From a virus (Duplodnaviria; Caudoviricetes): a DNA stretch of 29,837 nucleotides. The translations under genes and the position numbers were made by a program. Position 1 is the first letter of the stretch; every line of letters starts with the position of its first letter. This document shows, piece by piece, positions 17,844-25,205 of the stretch. Under the pieces are notes generated by a model, which did no database searches, was not told the DNA's origin, and saw nothing but the letters and a program-made list of their open reading frames with translations. Location: IMG/VR virus record IMGVR_UViG_3300049183_000003, positions 1 through 29,837 of that record. The stretch is one strand, 5' to 3'.

Positions 17844-18365
17844 CTACGGCATATCAGGCCAGCGCCAGTTCCGCTTCTCGTAGTTCAGGCTCTCGTCCAG
17901 CAACTGCAGGTTGTCCACTGTGTGCAGGCCGCAGACCAGTTTGCTGCGCAGTGGCACCACGTGGTCCACGTGCAGGTCGACGCCGAAGGCTTTGGACAAC
18001 TCCTTCGCCTTGCTGTAGATCAGGCCGATGGCCTTCTTGTCAGCCCTCGGCGGAACGGCTCTGCGCTGCGCCGCCTTCCGGGCCTTGTTGCGAGCGTTGA
18101 CCACATCAGGGCGCTCGCGGCGCGCGATTGCCTTCCGCGCACGGCTTTCGAGCGTCAGCCTTTCCGCGTTCGCCTTGCGGTACGCGGCATTCCTCGCGGA
18201 CTCCTCGGCGCGCTTCTCTGCCCACCGGGCTTTGTCGTACTGCTTCCCTGCCATGTAGGCCTTCGTGCACAGTCGGCAGTAGACCGACAGTCCGTCCTTC
18301 CGGCCTGCATTCGGGCCGAACTGGTCGGCCGCCTTGAGCGTGTCGCAGCGCTTGCAGTGCTTCAT
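17844..18365 (-). CDS. HNH endonuclease with N-terminal Zn ribbon (173 aa)
   Basis: CKRC...KDGL...CRLC and HVDHVVPL...GLH..DNLQ...N..K.N. Confidence 0.9.
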   Translation of the reverse strand: MKHCKRCDTLKAADQFGPNAGRKDGLSVYCRLCTKAYMAGKQYDKARWAEKRAEESARNAAYRKANAERLTLESRARKAIARRERPDVVNARNKARKAAQRRAVPPRADKKAIGLIYSKAKELSKAFGVDLHVDHVVPLRSKLVCGLHTVDNLQLLDESLNYEKRNWRWPDMP

Positions 18366-18371
18366 CGTGCG

Positions 18372-19892
18372 TCAGCCTAGCAAACCAGTGGCGCTATCGG
18401 TGCTTCGGTGACCGGGAATGGCTGGGCGAGGCCGCTTCTCTCGCAGGCCTTGTACGCCGCCGCCCTCAAGAGCCGCGTACTGCAGCGCGTCGTGCGGGTG
18501 ACTGAACTTGTTCTTCGCTGGCTCTTCGGTGAAGCGCTCTTCGCCGGTGACCTGCAGCCGCCGAAACTTGTAGCCGCCATTGAAGCCTTTGCGCAGCACG
18601 GTGCAGCACGGGTCGAGCAGCAGCGCCGGCTGGCCTCCCGACAACTTCGACAGAAACCACGCTACCGCGCCCCGTCGCGCGAGGAACGCATTCGTGCGAC
18701 CGGCGCGGATACGCAGGTCCGCCGCCTTCACCTCGTCGAAGCACGTCCTCTCGTCTGTCTGTGCCCGCTGCTCGCCGGCTGGGTCGCCGAACACCATGAT
18801 TCCGCCCTCTGGCTCGTTGCGCTTGCCCCACCAGGCCGGATAGACCCGGACCAGTTGTGGAATTAGCACGTCCTGCAGGAACTGGCGGATCGCCATGTCT
18901 TCGCCGCACAACTCATCCAGGATCAGCAGGCGACCACGCGCATCGGTCTGCGTGATGACCGCGGCAGGTGTCAGGCCGAAGTCCATGCCGATGTCGAGCC
19001 GTAGGCCCTGAATGGGGTTGATCGCCTTGACGTGCAGCGTGTCGTTCCACTCGGTGTAGACCGGCTTCCCGTCCTGCACGGTGCCGTACTGCCCGAGGAT
19101 GAAGACCTTGATCCACTCCTTGCTCTTGCCTGCCACCTGACGCAGCCAGTAGCCGTAACCCAACGTGTGGTTGTCCACGTTTTCGGCCAGCGGGTTCGGC
19201 TGGTACTGCCCATCCACCTCGACGAGGGCGCCAGGCTGCGAGAACCATTCGTACAGGCTCTGCGTCGACTTGAGCACGCCTAGGTCGCGCAGTTGCTGCT
19301 CCAGGTTCGCGCGCTGCTCGAGTTCTTCAGGCGTTGGCGCCTCGGCCAGCATGTAGTACCAGTGATCGTCGTCGGGGCAGTTCGTGTCCATGATGACGCC
19401 CGACCACGTGGGCCCGCCATGCACTTTGGACGGGAAGCGCCCGACGCGGCCGGTGCTCATGTCCAGCACCGCCTTGGCCAGCTCGCTCGCCTCGTTGAGC
19501 CACACGCCCGTCAGGTCCAGCGACTTCAGCTTCTTCACGTCGTCCGGCCGGTCCAGGCTCATGAAGAGCACTTCCATCTCGACCGTCGTGCCGTCTGGCA
19601 GTTTGCGCACGAACATGCTGCTGATCGGCGAGTCCCACTTCACCGGCGCCTCGGACCAGTCCTGCCAGGTCTTGATGGTGGTGGTGCGCAGTTCCGGGTA
19701 CGTGTTGCGTACCGCAGCCCAGCGCGAGCGGCGCACACCTTCGAATGGCTCCTGCTCGCGCGCCCGGCGGATCATCTCCATGCAGCAGGTCACCGACTTG
19801 CCCGTTCCGATCGGGCCGCGTAGCCCGCGCACGAAGGCGTCGGAGCGGTGGAAACGTGAAGCGGTCGGCTCGGCCTTGTAGTTGATGGCCAT
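18372..19892 (-). CDS. terL: Terminase large subunit (506 aa)
   Basis: Walker A GPIGTGKS, RNTYPEL, Walker B VWLNEASE, MDTN; nuclease GMDFG, DPAG, SHPHDALQY. Confidence 0.95.
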   Translation of the reverse strand: MAINYKAEPTASRFHRSDAFVRGLRGPIGTGKSVTCCMEMIRRAREQEPFEGVRRSRWAAVRNTYPELRTTTIKTWQDWSEAPVKWDSPISSMFVRKLPDGTTVEMEVLFMSLDRPDDVKKLKSLDLTGVWLNEASELAKAVLDMSTGRVGRFPSKVHGGPTWSGVIMDTNCPDDDHWYYMLAEAPTPEELEQRANLEQQLRDLGVLKSTQSLYEWFSQPGALVEVDGQYQPNPLAENVDNHTLGYGYWLRQVAGKSKEWIKVFILGQYGTVQDGKPVYTEWNDTLHVKAINPIQGLRLDIGMDFGLTPAAVITQTDARGRLLILDELCGEDMAIRQFLQDVLIPQLVRVYPAWWGKRNEPEGGIMVFGDPAGEQRAQTDERTCFDEVKAADLRIRAGRTNAFLARRGAVAWFLSKLSGGQPALLLDPCCTVLRKGFNGGYKFRRLQVTGEERFTEEPAKNKFSHPHDALQYAALEGGGVQGLREKRPRPAIPGHRSTDSATGLLG

Positions 19893-20488
19893 CAGAACGT
19901 GATCGTGATGTCGCCGAGGGTTTCGGTTGGCTTCTTGTCGTCCAGCCCGTAGGCCTCGCGTTCCATGCCGATCGCGTGCTTCAGCGTCTCGGCCACCTTC
20001 TTCGCGGAGTCCACCCGGCTCGGGGTGCTGATCACCTTGCGGTACAGGTCGTTGAGCCTATCCAACCCTGTGTCGTCCGGCGCGCGCAGCAGTTCGCCGA
20101 GTTGGTCGAGCAGTTCGCGGCTGGATGTCTGCCCCTCCAGCTCGGCCAGCAGCGCCAGCCCAAGGGAGCGCACGCGCTGGATGTCGGCGCGGTGCTCTCC
20201 GCGGACCTGAGCGATGCGCTCGGCGTTGGCCTCGATGATTTCCCGTTCGGTTGCCGCCTTCTGGCTGGAAACCTCCTTGGAAACCTCGCGTCTGGAAACC
20301 AGCGCTTCGGCCTTGGCCTGGATCTTCGCGGAGAGGTCGCGGTCCCAGCCATCGGCCTTCGCGCGCTTGTTGATCGCGGTGTGGCTGACCCCGTGCTGGC
20401 CGGCTATCTCGCGGGTGGACAGGACGCCCGCCCGGTATGCCCCCTCGATGGCCTCCCAGTCGACTGGGGCCCTCTTCTCCGTGGCCAC
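19892..20488 (-). CDS. terS: Terminase small subunit (198 aa)
   Basis: N-terminal HTH (DWEAIEGAYRAGVLSTREIA..HGVSHTAINKRAK..GW); directly upstream of and coupled to terL. Confidence 0.88.
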   Translation of the reverse strand: MATEKRAPVDWEAIEGAYRAGVLSTREIAGQHGVSHTAINKRAKADGWDRDLSAKIQAKAEALVSRREVSKEVSSQKAATEREIIEANAERIAQVRGEHRADIQRVRSLGLALLAELEGQTSSRELLDQLGELLRAPDDTGLDRLNDLYRKVISTPSRVDSAKKVAETLKHAIGMEREAYGLDDKKPTETLGDITITF

Positions 20489-20493
20489 GGTCG

Positions 20494-20808
20494 TCAGGCG
20501 CGCCCGAACATCGGCTCAGCCGTACCGTCAGCGATGGCCTTGCGCTCCTCCGTCTCGATCGCGGCGTGCAGGCGAGCCACGGTGACGGCGGTGGGCAGCG
20601 GTTCGCTGTCGGGCACGCGCTGGGCGATCGTGTCCATGGCCTTGATCAGCAGTTGCATGTGCTGGTGAGCGGGGCTCTTGAGGTCGCAGGTTGCGCTGGC
20701 GTCGTCGCCCCACGTGACATGCATGCCGATGGCTGGGCCTTCGTCGCTCAGCATCAGGATGGCGTAGCGCTTGGGGCGGTCGCGCATCTCGGCTTCGTCG
20801 GTGGTCAT
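20494..20808 (-). CDS. Hypothetical protein (104 aa)
   Basis: Fills the gap between neighbouring genes; same strand. Confidence 0.65.
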   Translation of the reverse strand: MTTDEAEMRDRPKRYAILMLSDEGPAIGMHVTWGDDASATCDLKSPAHQHMQLLIKAMDTIAQRVPDSEPLPTAVTVARLHAAIETEERKAIADGTAEPMFGRA

Positions 20809-20811
20809 GGG

Positions 20812-21189
20812 TCAGCCTTCGGATTCCCCGCCAGCCGGCGCCGGGTCAGCAGGCGTCTCGGGCACGGGATCCGGCACGATGTCATCGACACCCTGCACAG
20901 CAGTGGACAGCGCAGCGAAAGCGGCCTCCACCTCGGGGCTGGCGTTGCCGGCGTTGGCCAGGGCTTGCGCCAGGTCGGACAGCTTGCCGAGCACTTCGGC
21001 CTTGGCCTTGTTGGTTTGCTCGGCGAGGGCAGTGAGTTTCGCGGCCAGTTCAGCTTGAGTGGTCATGTGCTTGTACTCGAATTCGTTGAGAGACACGAGG
21101 ATCCGGCCCAGCAATGGAAGCGGGTCGGGGGAAGCCGGTTGCCCGGCGATGTGGATGTGGTGGTCGACGCGGACCGTGAAGAGGGTCAT
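20812..21189 (-). CDS. Hypothetical coiled-coil protein (125 aa)
   Basis: ATG at 21189 overlaps stop of the 28-aa ORF; Ala-rich heptads (MTTQAELAAKLTALAEQ...), Pro/acidic tail. Confidence 0.65.
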   Translation of the reverse strand: MTLFTVRVDHHIHIAGQPASPDPLPLLGRILVSLNEFEYKHMTTQAELAAKLTALAEQTNKAKAEVLGKLSDLAQALANAGNASPEVEAAFAALSTAVQGVDDIVPDPVPETPADPAPAGGESEG

Positions 21190-21272
21190 GTGGGCAGCGG
21201 GTAGGCCATGCACAGCAGCAGCGCGATCCAGGCTGCGGCGCCGGCTGCGATGCGGAGGTAGATCCGGGTCAC
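21186..21272 (-). CDS. 28-aa single-TM peptide MTRIYLRIAAGAAAWIALLLCMAYPLPT
   Basis: Not in ORF track. GTGA overlap with Rz stop and ATGA overlap with next start; basic N-terminus plus hydrophobic helix. Confidence 0.6.
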   Translation of the reverse strand: MTRIYLRIAAGAAAWIALLLCMAYPLPT

Positions 21273-21778
21273 GGGGTCACTTCTCGGGGCCAAGCGCTGC
21301 GCAGTGCGCGGACATCGGCAGCGAGATCCGCAGCAGTGCCGACACACGCCGCATGAGACTGCAGTGCGTCATCCAAAGCTCTTCCGAGGTTGGCGGCTCG
21401 CTCGTTGCAGGCGGGGGCGGCACCACTGGCGCTTGCACCACCACCGGCGGCGTAGGCCTCGATGTCGTTGCGCAGCCTGTCGCGATCAGCAGACAGCTCA
21501 GCCACAGCACGAGCGTTGCGGCGGCGTTCGTTGGCTTGCGCATCGGTTGCCTCCTGGCGGGCGCGGTTGAATTCCTGCTCGACCGCTCGCTGCTTCGCTT
21601 GCGCGTCCGCCGCGGCGCTGATGAGCGTGGCGCGCTCGTCGTCCCATGCGGCCTGCACTTCGGCCCGGCCGTCGTCCTCGCGCTTCTCGCCCCAGGCCCA
21701 AAGGCCGATGAGGATCACGAGGATGGCGCCACCGATCAGCAGCATGCGCGCGGTGACGAAGGCCGGGAGCGCGATCAC
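21269..21778 (-). CDS. Inner-membrane spanin (Rz-like, 169 aa)
   Basis: N-terminal TM (MLLIGGAILVILIGLWAWG), periplasmic coiled coil, C-terminal Cys; GTG at 21778 overlaps upstream stop. Confidence 0.85.
   Translation of the reverse strand: MIALPAFVTARMLLIGGAILVILIGLWAWGEKREDDGRAEVQAAWDDERATLISAAADAQAKQRAVEQEFNRARQEATDAQANERRRNARAVAELSADRDRLRNDIEAYAAGGGASASGAAPACNERAANLGRALDDALQSHAACVGTAADLAADVRALRSAWPREVTP
21277..21543 (-). CDS. Outer-membrane spanin lipoprotein (Rz1-like, 88 aa), embedded in Rz
   Basis: Signal peptide with lipobox-like IATG-C, Pro-rich linker; nested in a different frame within Rz. Confidence 0.8.
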   Translation of the reverse strand: MRKPTNAAATLVLWLSCLLIATGCATTSRPTPPVVVQAPVVPPPPATSEPPTSEELWMTHCSLMRRVSALLRISLPMSAHCAALGPEK

Positions 21779-22053
21779 GTGTTGGTCGGCGGCTTGATCA
21801 TGCGGCGGTGCCCGCGCGCCACTCGGCCGTCGGCCATGACGATGAACACATCGCCCTCGTCGTTTTCGGCCCAGCATCCCTCGGCTGCGGCACCGCGGGG
21901 CTCGACCATGACGACACGCGAGGCGCCTTCAGGGCATGTGCCGCGCTCGTCGTAGAACTCGATGCGGGTGTCGCCGGACTGGCCGACGCCTACCAATGCC
22001 GCGCCCGCTGGCCCGGTCAGGAGAAACATCAGGACCAGGAGCAGTGCGCGCAT
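21775..22053 (-). CDS. Secreted/periplasmic protein (92 aa) in lysis cassette
   Basis: MRALLLVLMFLLTGPAGA signal peptide (A-x-A site); two Cys; AGGAG RBS. Confidence 0.7.
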   Translation of the reverse strand: MRALLLVLMFLLTGPAGAALVGVGQSGDTRIEFYDERGTCPEGASRVVMVEPRGAAAEGCWAENDEGDVFIVMADGRVARGHRRMIKPPTNT

Positions 22054-22063
22054 GATGAATCTC

Positions 22064-22483
22064 CTACGGCAGGAACCGACGGTTTCCGCTCTTCGGCGGG
22101 CGGATCTGGACGTGGCACCAGCCAGGCGTCCGAGACTTGTGCTCCATCCACAATCCGAGGTCTCGCAGCACGGTGTCAGCCACCATGTCGCACCACTCGT
22201 CGATGTGGCCCTTGGGGTCGTGCAGGTCGCACGCCTCGCCGGTCATGTGCAGGCTGCGTGAGGCCGCGCCGGCCGTGGCCGCATTGACGCTTGGCGGCCG
22301 CCAGCCGCTGTTCACCAGCGTGCCGTCCTGCCTTGGGATGATTGCCACCCCCGCGCCTTTGGCCAGGATCAGCAGCTTGTTGACGATCTCGACGGTGCGG
22401 CCCGCATTGCGCAGGATGTCGGGGGAGCACTCCAGTGCGTGCGATACGTCACGCCCCATCATGAATTCAGAGACAGTCATCAC
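22064..22483 (-). CDS. Endolysin, peptidase M15 family Zn peptidase (start 22483 or 22480)
   Basis: NSGWRPPSVN, SLHMTGEACD (SxH-x6-D) and WCHVQ zinc ligands; between holin and spanins. Confidence 0.9.
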   Translation of the reverse strand: MMTVSEFMMGRDVSHALECSPDILRNAGRTVEIVNKLLILAKGAGVAIIPRQDGTLVNSGWRPPSVNAATAGAASRSLHMTGEACDLHDPKGHIDEWCDMVADTVLRDLGLWMEHKSRTPGWCHVQIRPPKSGNRRFLP

Positions 22484-22902
22484 GGCGTCACGTCCCGGAG
22501 CTGCTTGCGCACCTCGTCAGCGATCTCGGCGAGGTCCTTGTCCTTGCGGCGCTCGATGAAAGTGAACAGCCACCGTGTCAACGCCCAGGCTGGCAGTCCG
22601 CAGGCGAAGGCGATGCCGATCGCCGCCATCAGGCCGATGTACAGCTCGGCGCCGGTGACCATGAACAGCTTCTGTGCAAGGTTGAAGTGCGCGATGACGA
22701 AGGATCCGCCGGCCACGCTACCGATCACCGTGGTTGTCAGGCCGACAGCCCATTCCTTCGCGCTGCGCGGACTCATCATCAACATCGCGATGAGGGCCGC
22801 AAGGCCAGCGCCGATGCCAGCAGCGCCAGCGGCGCCGCCGATCAGCTTCCACCCCGCGACACCAGCCGCGGCGCTCGATGCGGGTTCTGTCATGGTGGGC
22901 AT
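22480..22902 (-). CDS. Holin (140 aa, ~3 TM)
   Basis: Three hydrophobic segments and a charged C-terminus (ERRKDKD); directly upstream of endolysin. Confidence 0.8.
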   Translation of the reverse strand: MPTMTEPASSAAAGVAGWKLIGGAAGAAGIGAGLAALIAMLMMSPRSAKEWAVGLTTTVIGSVAGGSFVIAHFNLAQKLFMVTGAELYIGLMAAIGIAFACGLPAWALTRWLFTFIERRKDKDLAEIADEVRKQLRDVTP

Positions 22903-22935
22903 GGCCTTCCTCGCGCGTTTCTGGGGGCCCAGGAA

Positions 22936-22962
22936 TGCAAAAGCCGCCTCGGTGGGCGGCTT
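22936..22962 (-). terminator. Intrinsic terminator upstream of holin (late-leader terminator)
   Basis: Minus strand AAGCCGCC-CACCGA-GGCGGCTT followed by TTGCATT. Confidence 0.75.
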
Positions 22963-23075
22963 GCGGTGATTTCTGGAGGGAGCTTCGCCCTGAAGGGGGC
23001 GGTGTCGCTCTTTTTGGTTGAACGGGGTAGACCCCGAGCTTGTCGCCTCGAACGAGGCGCTATCGCGACATCAGA

Positions 23076-23104
23076 ACTGTAGCACTCCTTGACAGCAGGT
23101 GCAT
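23076..23104 (-). promoter_or_regulatory. Putative late promoter (sigma70-like)
   Basis: Minus strand ATGCAC-17 bp-TACAGT with extended TGn; lies in the only long non-coding gap before the lysis/morphogenesis operon. Confidence 0.45.
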
Positions 23105-23133
23105 AGGGGTCTATGCGCGGGGTGTGCAGCCCA

Positions 23134-23730
23134 TCATGTGCCATCTCCTTGAGGGGCGGCGGGGAGGGCGCAAGTGCCATTCAATGCCGTGAGCGCGTTC
23201 CGGTGCTGGCAGTACTCGGCCGCTTCCGATTCGCAGACGAAGACGGCGACCTTATGGGTCTTCACTGCGTCGTCAAGGGCGCACTTCATCCGGCCCTCGA
23301 ACACGTCGCGCCAGACGACATGCCCCATGCTGCTCAGGTACTTGTAGCGATGCGGCCAACGAACCGGGTAATCCCCCGCCGCGGGCGCCGGAAGCTGTGC
23401 AGTCCGCCGTGTGTCGAGCCCGGCCCTCTCGCGGATGAAGTCGCACACCCACTGTGGATCCACGGAGTAGCCACCCGGCATTGCATCGATGATGGCTTGG
23501 CGCTCAGCTTGCAGCGCTGCTCTTGCGCAGGCTTCGCCGTAAGCGTGCAAATGGTCTGTGGTGAACAGGTCTTCGGACTCGTGCTCCGGCCTCTCGGGTC
23601 TGCGGCGGCGCTGGTCGGCGTAGGTCCACGGGTAGTGCCCGAGCATCCCCGGCTCACTGCGATAGCGCGTGCGGAATCCGGCCGGCTCCGGCAGCGGCAC
23701 GCCTGCCAGCACTTCCTTGATGTCAGCCAT
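23134..23730 (-). CDS. Hypothetical early protein (198 aa)
   Basis: AAGGAG RBS, ATG at 23730 overlapping upstream stop. Confidence 0.65.
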   Translation of the reverse strand: MADIKEVLAGVPLPEPAGFRTRYRSEPGMLGHYPWTYADQRRRRPERPEHESEDLFTTDHLHAYGEACARAALQAERQAIIDAMPGGYSVDPQWVCDFIRERAGLDTRRTAQLPAPAAGDYPVRWPHRYKYLSSMGHVVWRDVFEGRMKCALDDAVKTHKVAVFVCESEAAEYCQHRNALTALNGTCALPAAPQGDGT

Positions 23731-24013
23731 TGGCCGCTCCTTTGCGCATGCACTCGACAACGCCATAGGCCCACTTCGCGCCGTAGTCGCAATGCCCTGA
23801 TGCTTGACGTTCTGCGCGCTCTACGTCGTCCATGGTCGGCACTCGCAGGCCCATCTGCTGCGCGGCATCGCGTGCGCGCGACCACACCGCCTCGCGCTCG
23901 GCCTGAAGCCACTGAGGTACGGTGCGCCCATGGCGCTTTGCGGCCTCGGCCTGGAACGCGTCGTAGATGGTGCGCGCCGGCTCATGACGCGGCCTGAAGA
24001 AGTCGTCAGCCAT
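23723..24013 (-). CDS. Hypothetical protein (96 aa)
   Basis: AAGGA RBS, ATG at 24013 (MADDFFRPRHEPAR...GHCDYGAKWA). Confidence 0.7.
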   Translation of the reverse strand: MADDFFRPRHEPARTIYDAFQAEAAKRHGRTVPQWLQAEREAVWSRARDAAQQMGLRVPTMDDVERAERQASGHCDYGAKWAYGVVECMRKGAANG

Positions 24014-24158
24014 TGAAGCGTCCTTTCGTAGCCCCGCACTCCAAGCCATTGAGATAGACCCGCATCTGCCCCGACTTCGTGACGCGGATGTCCACCTTGT
24101 GCTGCGCGGCGCCGAAGCGGAATCCGTGGTCCGTGCGCTTGAGGCGGATGTCACTCAT
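24006..24158 (-). CDS. Hypothetical small beta-rich protein (50 aa)
   Basis: Not in ORF track. MSDIRLKRTDHGFRFGAAQHKVDIRVTKSGQMRVYLNGLECGATKGRFNG; overlaps both neighbours by 8 nt. Confidence 0.6.
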   Translation of the reverse strand: MSDIRLKRTDHGFRFGAAQHKVDIRVTKSGQMRVYLNGLECGATKGRFNG

Positions 24159-24516
24159 GCCTACTTCCCTCCCCGAGGTGATCGCGCAGACGGGATAGCT
24201 CTTCGGTCAGGCGCGCGACTTCGGCGTCGGACGCGGTGAGTTTTCCGTGCCACTCACGATCGGCTTCAACGAGGTGGCGCGTCTGCCGCTCGACTTCCGC
24301 TTCCGCCTTCTGCATGCGCTCGATGTACATGGCGCACAGCGCCTGCGCCTCGCGGGTCGCGCCCAGCATGAAGTCGTTGCGCTCGCGGACTTGCTCGACT
24401 TCGAAGTGCAGGCGGCGAAGTTCTGCCGAGGCCTGGTTGAACTCAGGCCAGCCGGACGGGAATGCATCGAGCATTTCAGCCAGCCACAGCGCTTCCGGTT
24501 GCGGGGTCTCAGTCAT
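24151..24516 (-). CDS. Hypothetical coiled-coil protein (121 aa)
   Basis: ATG at 24516 (MTETPQPEALWLA...ASAELRRLH), a pattern common in phage early genes. Confidence 0.65.
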   Translation of the reverse strand: MTETPQPEALWLAEMLDAFPSGWPEFNQASAELRRLHFEVEQVRERNDFMLGATREAQALCAMYIERMQKAEAEVERQTRHLVEADREWHGKLTASDAEVARLTEELSRLRDHLGEGSRHE

Positions 24517-24931
24517 GGACTTCATCCTTCGGCATGTACTCGGGCGGCACGTCGCGGAGTTCCATGCTGTCGTTGAGCCAACTCGTAGAGCGCGCCCGAG
24601 CAAGCACGAACTTCCTGCCGTCCCACTTGTATCTGGCATCGCCGGTTGATTCGCCGACCCACCGCACCACCAGCATTCCTTTCGGTGTCTGCCGAACTAT
24701 CACCGCCCGGCCGCGCTCCTCCTCTTTGCTGGACCGCCACTTGACGCAAATGACCCTACACTGTGGCAGCGTGGCGTCATGATTCTCCTGAGCGGCACGC
24801 ACCGCCTGGATGGTCAGGCCATGCTCGCGCTCCAGGGTCTTGACGTGCTCGCGCGCTTTCTCCAGAGCCTGCGCGGCCGCATCCCTGATCGTTTCGGCTT
24901 TGGCTACTGCCGCTGGTCTCTTCTCAGCCAT
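24509..24931 (-). CDS. Hypothetical protein (140 aa)
   Basis: AAGGA RBS, ATG at 24931; helical N-terminus, beta-rich C-terminus. Confidence 0.65.
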   Translation of the reverse strand: MAEKRPAAVAKAETIRDAAAQALEKAREHVKTLEREHGLTIQAVRAAQENHDATLPQCRVICVKWRSSKEEERGRAVIVRQTPKGMLVVRWVGESTGDARYKWDGRKFVLARARSTSWLNDSMELRDVPPEYMPKDEVHD

Positions 24932-25205
24932 GGGTGTCCTTCGAGTCGATGCCGTGTGCGCGTTCGATGGCGCGGGCGAATTCGATCTCGTACAGTTCCC
25001 CGCTGACCCTGCCAACGCAGAGGCCTCGCAAGCGCAGCAGCTCGGCGTGCTTCAGCGGCTCCCGCTGGAGAGCGCTGCGAAGGGCGGATTCGAGGGCGGT
25101 GCGGGCTGATTCACGTGCTTGGTGCGGCTGCCCCTCTACGCAGATGCGCACCCATTCGCGCGCCAGCCGCAACAGTTCCTGGATCTTGGTGTCGGTGGTG
25201 CTCAC
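24924..25205 (-). CDS. Hypothetical protein (93 aa)
   Basis: GGAG RBS, GTGA overlap; 'FARAIERAHGI' tail common in phage early proteins. Confidence 0.65.
   Translation of the reverse strand: MSTTDTKIQELLRLAREWVRICVEGQPHQARESARTALESALRSALQREPLKHAELLRLRGLCVGRVSGELYEIEFARAIERAHGIDSKDTHG

Noticed and set aside
22891-22902. Holin dual-start motif (MPTM)
   Set aside because: Two Met codons are present but there is no basic residue between them as in lambda S107/S105, so an antiholin form is unsupported.
23089-23117. Plus-strand TTGACA-17-TATGCG promoter
   Set aside because: Perfect -35 but the -10 lacks the conserved final T and no credible plus-strand gene follows; could only yield antisense RNA.
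22890-23180. 96-aa minus ORF across the late leader
   Set aside because: Runs through a terminator and several hairpins, overlaps both neighbours and lacks protein-like features; a GGAG-ATG exists at about 23144, so it is not fully excluded.
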